From Phycisphaerae bacterium (lineage in GTDB: Bacteria; Planctomycetota; Phycisphaerae; UBA1845; Fen-1342): DNA of 64,000 nucleotides. Shown here one piece after another: positions 22,583 to 32,188 of this stretch (position 1 is its first letter; each line of letters opens with the position of its first letter). The notes beneath the pieces were generated by a model. That model was not told the DNA's origin and made no database searches. It saw only the letters and a list, made by a program, of their open reading frames with translations. The position numbers were made by a program, and so were the translations under genes. The stretch covers positions 64,001 through 128,000 of the forward strand of contig JASFQK010000009.1 of the NCBI GenBank assembly GCA_050115495.1, in the 5' to 3' direction.

Positions 22583-23857
22583 ATGGATAGGGAATCGCCG
22601 CAGACAGCCCTGAAGCAGAAGCACCATCGGGACTTCCTGGATGACGCGCCCGTTGTCCTGGCGAGCGTTCAGGATGCGTTTGCGAAGGTCATCAGCGCGT
22701 TGCCCGAGGACATCGCGCACGCCAACGAGCTTTCGAAGACGCTGGGCGTGAGCAGCAAGCTCGCCTGGCAGATCAGGCGGTTGGTGTACGAGACGGACCC
22801 CTTCGCCGCCGTCCAGTACATCCCGGGGCAGAGCTCCATAAAGAAATTCCTCCACGCGGCGGCGACGCTGAGCGTACAGAGTGACGTGATCGCGTCGGCG
22901 GAGAAGGCGATCCAGGAGTTCGAGCGGCTCGTGCGGACGCACGCCGACAACCGCGAGGCGTTCGACATTCTCGCGGCGGGGTGTGCCAGCCGGATGGTGG
23001 AGCGAAAGCACCTGGATTATCGCAAGGCGTCTTTCGTCGGTAACAGCTTCTCATGGGGCGTGCATGCCCGGATTCAACTGGTGACCGAATTCGTGTTTCC
23101 GTCGCCGAGCGGCAGGGACATCAGCATGGTCAGCGTGTGCGGCTTCGGCGAATTACGTCGCCTGCGTCCGAGTCTGTCCTGGCCCATCCAGACCAGGCGG
23201 ATGGTGGATAAGGGGGGACACGTGCATCCAACGCTGAAACGCGAGCCGTTGGAACCGCAGGGTGGGACGGACTGCGTCTCCGAAGTTCCGCTGTTCCCTT
23301 CATTCTGCACGCAACCGACGCCCGAGGTTCGGCGCGTGTTTTCGCCGGACGGCAGCATCCGGGACGAAGTGGTTGCCGGGAGTGTCGGGAAGACGGGAAC
23401 GATGGACTGCCTGATCGGCGAGATTGTCCATGATTCGGGGCCGCGCTACGTGTGCGGTGATTCCAAGGAGTGGGGTGTCGGGGTCCACGTCCGGACGCCC
23501 TGCGAGGCCTTGATCCTCGACCAGTTCATACATCGGGATTTGTTTGGCCCGGTCACGCCGAAGCTGAGCGTTTTCAACGATCTGCTGGCGGCGAATGTGG
23601 CGTTGCCGCCGACGATGCGTGTTGCCGACCAGATGCCTGTGTTTGAAACGGTGCAGTCGTTGGGGCGCGGACTGCGCAACGTCCGCGTGCCGGAGTTTCC
23701 GCGTTATGTCGAGATGGTTGATTTCGTGCTGAAACGCATGGATTGGAAGGCAGAGCAGTTCGACGGCTACCGCGTCCGTATCGAATATCCGCCCGTGCCG
23801 ATGTCGGTAGTGATGCACAACGACGTGCCACCGGCGCCCGGGGCTGGCGGGAGTTGA
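22583..23857 (+). CDS. Hypothetical protein with a possible N-terminal helix-turn-helix
   Basis: 424-aa ORF; ANELSKTLGVSSKLAWQI resembles an HTH; beta-rich C-terminal part; AT-rich upstream region. Confidence 0.65.
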   Translation: MDRESPQTALKQKHHRDFLDDAPVVLASVQDAFAKVISALPEDIAHANELSKTLGVSSKLAWQIRRLVYETDPFAAVQYIPGQSSIKKFLHAAATLSVQSDVIASAEKAIQEFERLVRTHADNREAFDILAAGCASRMVERKHLDYRKASFVGNSFSWGVHARIQLVTEFVFPSPSGRDISMVSVCGFGELRRLRPSLSWPIQTRRMVDKGGHVHPTLKREPLEPQGGTDCVSEVPLFPSFCTQPTPEVRRVFSPDGSIRDEVVAGSVGKTGTMDCLIGEIVHDSGPRYVCGDSKEWGVGVHVRTPCEALILDQFIHRDLFGPVTPKLSVFNDLLAANVALPPTMRVADQMPVFETVQSLGRGLRNVRVPEFPRYVEMVDFVLKRMDWKAEQFDGYRVRIEYPPVPMSVVMHNDVPPAPGAGGS

Positions 23858-23983
23858 GAAGAAGCAGGCAGGCCGAACGCCTGCGATGGCGGGGCAAGTA
23901 TAGAACTGGGTATTCAGAGTCGCCCGAGGGCGCGTGCTTTCGGCGTTCCTGGTGGTCTTGTTACATCATGAGGAGGAGATTCG

Positions 23984-24601
23984 ATGCGAACGATGCTGGC
24001 ATTCGCCGCAGCCGCCCTGTTGCTCACGACCGGTGCGGCGTCCTACGCGGGCAACATCCTCGAGAATCCCGGGTTCGAAACCGGGGGCATCGAGCCGTGG
24101 GAGCACTACAAGTTCATCGAGTTCCCCGGGGACCCGGATCCGGAGGAGCTGTGGATCGCGACTACGGAGAACCCGCACAGCGGGCAGTATTGCGCCAGGG
24201 GCCTGGGCTGCCGCCTGATCTTCCAGCAGATATTCGAGCCGATGGAGGTCGACAGCATCACCGAGTTCTCCTGCTGGCTCCGACAGGACCAGAACCTCGA
24301 TCTCAGCATTAACATGGTGTTCGACGATCCCACCGACGACGAACCGGGCGTTGGCTTGCTATTCGACAGGTACCTCGAATCAACGGATTGGTGGTTCTAC
24401 GACGGCCTCACCGAGCTGCACTGGGCCGCCGAGATGGCGGAGGAAGCGCTGGGAAATGGATGCCGACTCGTGGCCGTCGGCATCAACGGCACGTTCGAAA
24501 CGTACACGTACGTGGATGACTGGGTAGTGGCTCCGGAGCCGACGAGCCTGACCCTGCTGAGCCTGGCCGCCTTGTTCGTCCTGCGACGAAGACCGGTCTA
24601 A
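23984..24601 (+). CDS. PEP-CTERM sorting-domain protein
   Basis: GAGGAG RBS, signal peptide, NILENPGFE, C-terminal APEPTSLTLLSLAALFVLRRR. Confidence 0.9.
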   Translation: MRTMLAFAAAALLLTTGAASYAGNILENPGFETGGIEPWEHYKFIEFPGDPDPEELWIATTENPHSGQYCARGLGCRLIFQQIFEPMEVDSITEFSCWLRQDQNLDLSINMVFDDPTDDEPGVGLLFDRYLESTDWWFYDGLTELHWAAEMAEEALGNGCRLVAVGINGTFETYTYVDDWVVAPEPTSLTLLSLAALFVLRRRPV

Positions 24602-24738
24602 CCGCCGGCCGCCGGCGGGCTGCTGCTTCGGATGAAGGGGACGTTCCACCCGGTGCCTGCGGGACGAGCGGAACGTCCCCTTCTCTCTGCTCACTCTTCC
24701 TACGGCCTACGCTGGGCAGCGCCATCTGGCCGGGCGAA

Positions 24739-26697
24739 CTAGGGGGACGACGTTTCGCCCAGTTTGTCCAGGGCTGCGCGGGCCGCGGTGAAGCCGGGGT
24801 CGGCGGCAACGGCGCGGCGGAAGCAGTCCGCCGCCTGATCGGGGTGGTTCTCGTCGATGTGCAAGAGGCCCATTTCGTACAGGGCGCGGGCGCTACCCGG
24901 CCGCTCGCGCAGGGCGATGTCGAGGTGAGCGCGGGCCTCGTCGTAGCGCTGCAATGAGCGCAAGACCGAGCCGAGCGTGCACAGCGTGTCGACGTCGCCG
25001 GGCCGTTGCTCCAGCAGACGCTGTAGATGCGGCAGGGCTCGCGCGAACTGCTCGTGCTCCACGAGCAGCGCGGCCAGGTGCGCGCGAGCCTGCACGTCGG
25101 CGCGCTTGATGTCCAGGGCACGTTCGTACACGTCGTAGCATTCGTCAAGCCGCCCCTCGCGCTCGAACATGAACCCGAGATCCCACAGCACGTCCGGCGC
25201 GCCCGGCAGCGACGCAAGCAGCTCCCGGTAGAGCGTTTCGGCCGTGGCCAGCTCCCTGCGGCCGAGAGCCTCGCGGGCGCGGAAGAGCAGCTTGATCGTC
25301 GCGGTGAATTCGGCGGGGTCACGGCCTTCGGGCTCGAAGGGCTCGGCGGACTCCGCCGCATCGGCCGGCACGGCACTGCCGACGTAGCCCAGCGACTGCA
25401 AGTCGCGCAGCGTCTCGTCACTCAACGGGGCAGTCGCGGCGACGCTGCGCGCCGCCGGCGCCTGGCTGAGCAGGTCGCGCAGTACCTCCTCGAACTCGGC
25501 CAGCCGCTCGGGCTGCGAATACGCGAGGTTGTGCTGCTCGCCCGGGTCGTGCGCCAGGTCGAACAGACAGGGATGGGTGGACTGGATGTACTTCCAGTCG
25601 CCGGCCACGAGCGTCCGCAGACGACAGAGCCGGAACACCTCGTACGCCTCGGGAGCTTCGCCGAACGCCTCGAGCTGGAGATCGGTGGTCTGGCCGTCGA
25701 GCAGTGGCACGAGGCTCACACCCTGGGCCGCGGGTAGCGGCGGGACGTTGGCGAGGTCGAGAATCGTGGGAGCCAGGTCGATCGTGCGGACGACCGGCTT
25801 CAGCCGCGCCCCCGCCGGCAGCCGGTTCGGCCAGCGCATGAGCAACGGCACGTGCATCGTCGTCTCGTAGGCGAAGTAGCCGTGCTGGTACTCGCCGTGA
25901 TCGTCGAGGCCTTCGCCGTGGTCGCCGACGAGCACGATGAGCGTGTTCTGGTCGAGGTGCAGCGTCTCGAGCTCGTCCAGGATGCGGCCGATCTGCTCGT
26001 CCATAAACGTGATTTCGTCGGCGTAAGCGGTGGGCGAGTCCGGGTCGACCACGCGCTCGGAACGGTACGGATGATGCGGGTCGTAGAAGTGCACCCAGAA
26101 GAAGAACGGCTTGTCGCCGGCGGCGTGGAGCAAGCCCACGGTACGGTCGCACACCTCGTCGGCCCGCCGTTCGCCACGGGCCGGGGCGTTGCCTGTCGGC
26201 CGCCCGGCCTCGTCGTAGACGTCGAAACCCTGATCCAGGCCGCACGGGCGGTTCATGCCGACGAAGGCGATGACTGCCGCCGTGATGTACCCGGCGGACT
26301 TGAGCTGCTCGGCGAGCGTCTCCGCCGCGCCGGTGAGCGTCTGCATGCCGTTGCGGCGGACGCCGTGCACGTAAGCGTATTGGCCGGTCATCATGGAGCA
26401 GTGTGAGGGCACGGTTAGTGGGATGCAGGTCTCGCAACGGAGGAACAGGGCGCCTTCGCGAGCAAGGCGGTCCATGTTCGGCGTGCGCGCGGACGGGGAA
26501 CCGTAGCACGCGAGGTAGTCGGCGCGCGTCGTGTCCACCGTGATGAACAGCACGTTGACCGGACGGTGGCCGGCCCAGGGGAGCCACGACGGGCGAGCGA
26601 GCACGGCATAGAGAACAAGTGCGCCCAGGCCGACGACGAGAATCGCCGGCAGCACCAGGCGACGCGTGCGTTTTTGATTCGAGCGAGGTCCCACCAT
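24739..26697 (-). CDS. Sulfatase-like hydrolase (alkaline phosphatase superfamily) with C-terminal TPR repeats
   Basis: NVLFITVDTTRAD, TPNMDRLA, LTVPSHCSMMTG, WVHFYDPH, GDHGE, LFDLAHDPGE, LQSLGY, then TPR helices. Confidence 0.9.
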   Translation of the reverse strand: MVGPRSNQKRTRRLVLPAILVVGLGALVLYAVLARPSWLPWAGHRPVNVLFITVDTTRADYLACYGSPSARTPNMDRLAREGALFLRCETCIPLTVPSHCSMMTGQYAYVHGVRRNGMQTLTGAAETLAEQLKSAGYITAAVIAFVGMNRPCGLDQGFDVYDEAGRPTGNAPARGERRADEVCDRTVGLLHAAGDKPFFFWVHFYDPHHPYRSERVVDPDSPTAYADEITFMDEQIGRILDELETLHLDQNTLIVLVGDHGEGLDDHGEYQHGYFAYETTMHVPLLMRWPNRLPAGARLKPVVRTIDLAPTILDLANVPPLPAAQGVSLVPLLDGQTTDLQLEAFGEAPEAYEVFRLCRLRTLVAGDWKYIQSTHPCLFDLAHDPGEQHNLAYSQPERLAEFEEVLRDLLSQAPAARSVAATAPLSDETLRDLQSLGYVGSAVPADAAESAEPFEPEGRDPAEFTATIKLLFRAREALGRRELATAETLYRELLASLPGAPDVLWDLGFMFEREGRLDECYDVYERALDIKRADVQARAHLAALLVEHEQFARALPHLQRLLEQRPGDVDTLCTLGSVLRSLQRYDEARAHLDIALRERPGSARALYEMGLLHIDENHPDQAADCFRRAVAADPGFTAARAALDKLGETSSP

Positions 26698-27029
26698 CAG
26701 CCGACGTCTCCGAGGGGGTCAGGCCCGGTTCGGTCGCCGAGCCGGGCTGGGTCATTGTATGGCACAAACCGCCGTTTGTGTCGGAACGGTTCGACTGCTT
26801 TCCAGGAGCGAAGCGTGCGGGCCACGCCGACGGACGAATGGGGGATCGTGCGCGGTTGCAGGCGGAGCGCAGCGCGGTGTGTGTTGTTGTCGCCGTAACG
26901 TCGACCGTCGCATGCGCAGAAAACCAAAGACAAAACCGCCGGAGTGCGCGCTATAACACACTGGAAGAAGGCCGTCGGGCGGCGGCGCCGGGCGGCATGC
27001 CACGGACCATTTCATAAGAGAGGGACATC

Positions 27030-28325
27030 ATGAACGGGAGAACAGCTTTCCAAGTGGTGTTGTGCGCGCTGGCCGGCTTCCTGGCCACCGCTGGCCCTGT
27101 CGCCTCGGCCGGCTACATTCTTGGCGACGCGAACTGCTCGGGGGCGATCGACTGCACGGACGCCAACGCGTTCATACTGGCCCTCACAAGTCCGGAGGCG
27201 TATGCGGTCGTCTACCCCGACTGCAACATGCTGGCGACGTGCGACATGAACAACGACGGCTGGGTCAACAACTACGACGTTGATTTGTTTGTGGCGGTGT
27301 GGATCGGCGCCCTGGGTGGTGATCAGGATGGGGACCTGGTACCGCAGGACTGCGACAACTGCCCCGATGATCCCAACGCGGAACAGGAGGACGGAGACGG
27401 CGACCAGGTCGGTGACGTATGCGACAACTGCCCGGACGACGCCAACCCGAGCCAGCAGGACACCGACGCCGACGGGCTCGGCGACGCCTGCGATCCCTGC
27501 CCGACTATCTCCGCCGGCGACGTGAACGGAGACGGCCAGGTGGACTGCGACGACATCGGGCCCTTCATCAACCTGCTCCTCGATGGCAAGAACGGAACGG
27601 ACGCCGTCTGCATCGGCGATTTCAACGGCGACGGTCACGTCGACAACATGGACATCGCCGGATTCTTCGCTCTGCTGGGCGGTGACGCGGACGGAGACCT
27701 CGCCCCGGAGAACTGCGACAACTGCCCGGGTCTGTACAACCCCGACCAGGAGGATACGGACGGCGACAGCCTCGGCGATGCGTGCGACCCCTGGCCGATG
27801 TTCATGGCGGGCGACGTCAACGGCTCCGGAGCGATCGACTGCGACGACATCCACGCGTTTGTGTACGCGATCATGCATGACCAGGCCGAGTTCGAGGCCG
27901 CCTTTCCCGACGGCTGCTACTTCTGCGCGGACATCACCGGCGACGGCACGGTCAACAACTATGACATCGAGGATTTCAGAGCACTATGGATCGCTGCGCT
28001 GGGCGGTGACGCTGACGAGGACCTGATAGCCGATGACTGCGACAACTGCGTAGGCCTGTACAACCCGTACCAGGAAGACGCTGACGAGGACAATCTCGGC
28101 GATTTGTGCGATCCCTGCCCGACGGTCCCCGCTGGCGACACGAATTGCGACGGCGCCGTCGACAACTTCGACATCCGTCCGTTCCTCACCGCCCTGATCG
28201 ACGGACAGGCGGCGTGGGAAAGCCAATATACCTGCGGTTTCTTCTGCGCGAATGACGCCAACGGCGACGGCCGCGTGGACAACTTCGACATCAGCCCGCT
28301 CATCGACCTGATCTCGCACCAATAG
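27030..28325 (+). CDS. Secreted Ca-binding protein of alternating dockerin-like and thrombospondin type-3 repeats
   Basis: Signal peptide; repeated CDNCP..N..Q.D.DGDG.GDACD and GD.N.DG.VD..DI motifs. Confidence 0.88.
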   Translation: MNGRTAFQVVLCALAGFLATAGPVASAGYILGDANCSGAIDCTDANAFILALTSPEAYAVVYPDCNMLATCDMNNDGWVNNYDVDLFVAVWIGALGGDQDGDLVPQDCDNCPDDPNAEQEDGDGDQVGDVCDNCPDDANPSQQDTDADGLGDACDPCPTISAGDVNGDGQVDCDDIGPFINLLLDGKNGTDAVCIGDFNGDGHVDNMDIAGFFALLGGDADGDLAPENCDNCPGLYNPDQEDTDGDSLGDACDPWPMFMAGDVNGSGAIDCDDIHAFVYAIMHDQAEFEAAFPDGCYFCADITGDGTVNNYDIEDFRALWIAALGGDADEDLIADDCDNCVGLYNPYQEDADEDNLGDLCDPCPTVPAGDTNCDGAVDNFDIRPFLTALIDGQAAWESQYTCGFFCANDANGDGRVDNFDISPLIDLISHQ

Positions 28326-28476
28326 CCGTCTGGCCACGGAGCCCATCGTGACTGACGGGACGGCGGTGCCCGGACGGCCAGACGGAGGAGCGTGCACGCT
28401 GTGAAGTATGGACGAGAGCCGCCCGGCAGCGGTGCCGGGCGGCGCGTCGCGAACCATTTCATAAGAGAGGGACATC

Positions 28477-30417
28477 ATGAACGGGAGAACAGCTTTCCAA
28501 GTGGTGTTGTGCGCCCTGGCCGGCCTCCTGGCCGCCAGCGGCCCTGCCGCCTCCGCCGGCTACATCCTCGGCGACGCGGACTGCTCCGGAGCCATCGACT
28601 GCCCGGACTTCGACGCACTGCTGCTGGCCGTGGCGAACCCGCCGGCCTACGCGGCGGCGCATCCGGGCTGCAACATGTTCGCTACCTGCGACATGAACGC
28701 GGACGGACAGGTCAACTCGTCCGATGTCTTCAGCTTCCTCGTCCTCTGGACGAGCGCCATGGGCGGCGATGCCGACGCCGACTTCGTGCCCGACGACTGC
28801 GACAACTGCCCGGGCCTGGCCAATCCCGGCCAGGAGAACATGGACGGTGACATTCTCGGTGATGCGTGCGATCCGTGCCCGACGATCATGCTGGGTGATG
28901 CGAACGAGGATGGCACCGTGGATTGCGACGACGGTCCCGCTTTCATCAGCTTGCTCGGCACCAACTCGTACTGCCATGGCGACTTCACCGGCGACGGAAC
29001 CGTCAACAACTTTGATATTGAGGGGTTCGTCGCCGTTCTCGGCGGTGACGCGGACGGGGACCTCGTCCCGCAGGACTGCGACAACTGCCCGGACGTGTCC
29101 AACAACGATCAGGAAGACGACGATGAGGATGGGGTCGGCAACCCGTGCGACAACTGCCCTGACGACGCCAATCCGAGCCAACTGGACACGGACGGCGACG
29201 GGGTCGGCGACGCGTGCGACCCGTGCCCGACGATCGTGCCAGGCGACGCCAACATGGATGGCCGGGCGGACTGCGACGATATCAACGCCTTCGTCATGCT
29301 GATCCTGGGAGGCGGATCGAGCACATGGGAACTGTGTGTCGCCGACTTCGACGGCGATGGGGTGCTCAGCAACTGGGACATGCCGGGATTTATCGCGCTC
29401 CTGGGTGGCGACACAGACTCGGACGGTATGCCGGACGACTGCGACAACTGCCCGAATGATCGCAACCCAGATCAGGAGAACCAGGACGGCGACCTTCTCG
29501 GCGACGCGTGCGATCCGTGCCCGGCAATCATCCTGGGCGACGCCAACATGGACGGCCAGGCGAACTGCGACGACATCCCCGCCTTCGTCTACCTGATCAC
29601 AGGAGGTGGCGGCGGCGGCGGTTGGGAGCTGTGCGTCGCCGACTTCGACGGCAACGGGATGCTCAACAACTACGACATCCCGGGGTTCGTCGCGCTCCTG
29701 GGCGGCGATCCGGATGAGGACGGCGCGCCGGAGGACTGCGACAACTGTCCCGGCCTGCACAACGATCAGGAAGACGACGACGGGGATGGGGTCGGCAACC
29801 CGTGCGACAACTGCCCCGACGACCCCAACCCGGGCCAGCAGGACACGGACGGCGACGGGCTCGGCGACGCGTGCGATCCCTGGCCGACGATCCCACCGGG
29901 TGACGCCGATTGCTCGGGAGCGCTCGACTGCGGGGACGGTGAGGCATTCATGTATGCGATCACCCACACCGAGGCGGAGTACAACGCCGCTTACCCGGGC
30001 TGCAACATGGTCGCTGCCTGCGACATGAACGGCGACGGCCTGGTCGACAACTCGGACGTGCAGACCTTCCTGGCATTGTGGATCGGCACGCTCGGCGGTG
30101 ACGCAGACGGAGACCTGGTGGCCGACGACTGCGACAACTGCCTGGGCGTGTACAACCCGTGCCAGGGGGACATGGACGGCGACGGGTTCGGCGACTTGTG
30201 CGACCCCTGCCCAACCGTCCCAGCCGGCGACGCGAACTGCGACGGGACCGTCGACAACTTCGACATCAGCCCGTTCATCGTGGCTCTGAGCCAGGGACAA
30301 GCGGTGTGGGAGGCGAGCTACACCTGCGGCTACTACTGCGCGATTGACGTCAACGGCGACGGTCACGTCGACAACTTCGACCTGAACCCGTTCATTGAGC
30401 GACTCGGGCCGCACTAG
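28477..30417 (+). CDS. Paralog of the preceding gene: dockerin-like/thrombospondin type-3 repeat protein with more modules
   Basis: Same leader and signal-peptide start; same repeat grammar. Confidence 0.88.
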   Translation: MNGRTAFQVVLCALAGLLAASGPAASAGYILGDADCSGAIDCPDFDALLLAVANPPAYAAAHPGCNMFATCDMNADGQVNSSDVFSFLVLWTSAMGGDADADFVPDDCDNCPGLANPGQENMDGDILGDACDPCPTIMLGDANEDGTVDCDDGPAFISLLGTNSYCHGDFTGDGTVNNFDIEGFVAVLGGDADGDLVPQDCDNCPDVSNNDQEDDDEDGVGNPCDNCPDDANPSQLDTDGDGVGDACDPCPTIVPGDANMDGRADCDDINAFVMLILGGGSSTWELCVADFDGDGVLSNWDMPGFIALLGGDTDSDGMPDDCDNCPNDRNPDQENQDGDLLGDACDPCPAIILGDANMDGQANCDDIPAFVYLITGGGGGGGWELCVADFDGNGMLNNYDIPGFVALLGGDPDEDGAPEDCDNCPGLHNDQEDDDGDGVGNPCDNCPDDPNPGQQDTDGDGLGDACDPWPTIPPGDADCSGALDCGDGEAFMYAITHTEAEYNAAYPGCNMVAACDMNGDGLVDNSDVQTFLALWIGTLGGDADGDLVADDCDNCLGVYNPCQGDMDGDGFGDLCDPCPTVPAGDANCDGTVDNFDISPFIVALSQGQAVWEASYTCGYYCAIDVNGDGHVDNFDLNPFIERLGPH

Positions 30418-30448
30418 GCCCCCCTGCTCCGGCGCCCGGCGGCTGCGG

Positions 30449-31180
30449 CTACGGCTCGGCCGCCGGGCTGGCCTGTACCGAGACGATGATGTACGGATCG
30501 TCCTCGCGCTCGTGGGGCAAGCGGAGCAACATCACCTGGTCGCGGCTGATGACGAACGCCGTCGACACCTGGCGGGTCTCGATCATCGGCTTGCCCACGT
30601 CGAAGGGGACGTCGGGAATGGGCTCGCGGGAGACGATGCGGCTCAGGGAGAAGGACAGGTTCTCGAAGTGCACGCGCTCCGCGTCGATGGACTCGACCGT
30701 GACGCGCAGCTCGACTCCCTCAAACACATCCGGCTGGTGCACGACGGTGAGGCAGCCATCTTCGCGCGGCTCCAGGTAGGTCACGGACTGACCGATCGTA
30801 ACCGCCGCCGGCTGGTGCAGGGACACGACCAGGCGCGGCGCGGCGATCACCTCCCAGGTGATGCGGTCGCTGCCGGCCGCCGGCTTCGACTCCGTCGGGC
30901 CGCCCGGCGTGGCCACGAGTCGGCGGAGGGCCTGTTCGCTGATCGCCGCGGAGGCGACGGGCGAGCGGGCGGGATCGTCGGCCCCCGCCGCGGGGTCGCC
31001 GATGAGGAGCGCACGCAGCGCGGGTTCCTCGGTACAAACGGCCTCAAGCTGGGCCGCGGTGATATGGACTTGCAGGAATTGCGCTTCGATGGCGACGGCG
31101 GTCGTGTCGCCGTCGGCAGGCGCAGCGGCGCCCGCCGGCAACGTGACAGCGAGCAGTGCGGACAGAATCATTGCGATCAT
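30449..31180 (-). CDS. Secreted protein with a stand-alone secretin-like beta domain
   Basis: Signal peptide MIAMILSALL; VAIEAQFLQV, VIAAPRLVV...QPAAVTIG, GVELRV and TRQVST align by eye to the secretin at 44118-45935. Confidence 0.55.
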   Translation of the reverse strand: MIAMILSALLAVTLPAGAAAPADGDTTAVAIEAQFLQVHITAAQLEAVCTEEPALRALLIGDPAAGADDPARSPVASAAISEQALRRLVATPGGPTESKPAAGSDRITWEVIAAPRLVVSLHQPAAVTIGQSVTYLEPREDGCLTVVHQPDVFEGVELRVTVESIDAERVHFENLSFSLSRIVSREPIPDVPFDVGKPMIETRQVSTAFVISRDQVMLLRLPHEREDDPYIIVSVQASPAAEP

Positions 31181-31215
31181 CCTGGCTTCCTTTCGTTCAA
31201 CAGGTACAACACAGC

Positions 31216-31575
31216 TCAGCGCGTGGCCAGCACGTCCCAGCGGGAGGCGTCGAGCCGTCCGGTGTCCGGCGGGGGATACAGCGGCTTGTCCACCGCCACC
31301 CAGACGCGAACGGGCGGCAGATCCTGTTCGACCGCATCCGGCGGCGACGGTGCATCCACCGACGCACGGCGGCCGCCACCCCAGAACGCCAACGCCGCCA
31401 GCACGAGCGTCGCGGCCACGGCCTGCCACAGCGGGACCGGCCGCCGCCACCACGGGCAGGGTCTTGCCCCGCCGGCGGCGTGAATCGCTTCCAGAATCTG
31501 CGTCTCCGCCTCGGCCGACCAGGTCGTCACGGGCAGTTCCCGCAAGGCCCGTTCGATGTCGTCATCGGGACACAT
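31216..31575 (-). CDS. Putative anti-sigma factor (single TM)
   Basis: DDIERALREL N-terminus, WWRRPVPLWQAVAA followed by a TM helix; overlaps the ECF sigma gene end. Confidence 0.7.
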   Translation of the reverse strand: MCPDDDIERALRELPVTTWSAEAETQILEAIHAAGGARPCPWWRRPVPLWQAVAATLVLAALAFWGGGRRASVDAPSPPDAVEQDLPPVRVWVAVDKPLYPPPDTGRLDASRWDVLATR

Positions 31576-32074
31576 GCTCTTCCTCCGGCAGTAATCGGAC
31601 CCGCAGCATCTGCAACCCCCGGGCGTACTCGCTGGTCACCGTGCCCAACGGCCGCTCCAGCACCGTCGCGATTTCCTCGAACGTGAGCTCGGCATACGTC
31701 TTCAGCACGATGATCTCGCGGCGGACGTCCGGCAGCGATAGCAGCGCGTCGCGTAAACGCCGCTGCCGCTCGGCAAGGCGGTCATCCGGCACCGCCAGCA
31801 GTGGCGGCGCCTGAGCGAGCGTAACGGCTTCCGGCCGGCGGCCCGCCGCGCGCCGGCGATCGATCGCCAGGTGCCGCAGGCAGCGCAGCACGTAGGCTCG
31901 CGGGTTATCCGCAGCCGGCTGGCGGCGGACGAGCTGAACCAGCACGTCCTGGAGCAGGTCGTGCGCATCGGCCTCGGTGGGCGCCAGGGACAGGGCGTAG
32001 GCGTGCAGAGCTGCACGGTTTCGCTGGTAGAACGCGGCCCAGGCCTCGGCGCTGGTGGGCTCCAACGGCGTCAT
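31562..32074 (-). CDS. ECF RNA polymerase sigma factor
   Basis: DAHDLLQDV (region 2); LP..RREIIVLK...LTFEEIATVLERPLGTV (region 4); GGAGG before ATG 32074. Confidence 0.93.
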   Translation of the reverse strand: MTPLEPTSAEAWAAFYQRNRAALHAYALSLAPTEADAHDLLQDVLVQLVRRQPAADNPRAYVLRCLRHLAIDRRRAAGRRPEAVTLAQAPPLLAVPDDRLAERQRRLRDALLSLPDVRREIIVLKTYAELTFEEIATVLERPLGTVTSEYARGLQMLRVRLLPEEEHVSR

Positions 32075-32188
32075 CCTCCGGCCGCCCAAAGGTCCACACG
32101 GCGGCGGTCGTCATTGTAATAGACGACGCCGCCTCGGCCGTTTAGGCACGGCGTGCGGAAAAACTGCGGGAATCCCCCCCACCGCGGG

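Noticed and set aside
27300..30400. Repeats such as gactgcgacaactgccc as a CRISPR array or DGR template/variable repeat
   Set aside because: They are in-frame protein repeats (CDNCP), and no reverse transcriptase is present.
28459..30414. Long antisense ORFs (for example 28459-30414, 14700-16568, 18982-20646, 44013-45722, 46290-48089)
   Set aside because: These are shadow ORFs of high-GC coding regions; they overlap well-supported genes and lack motifs.
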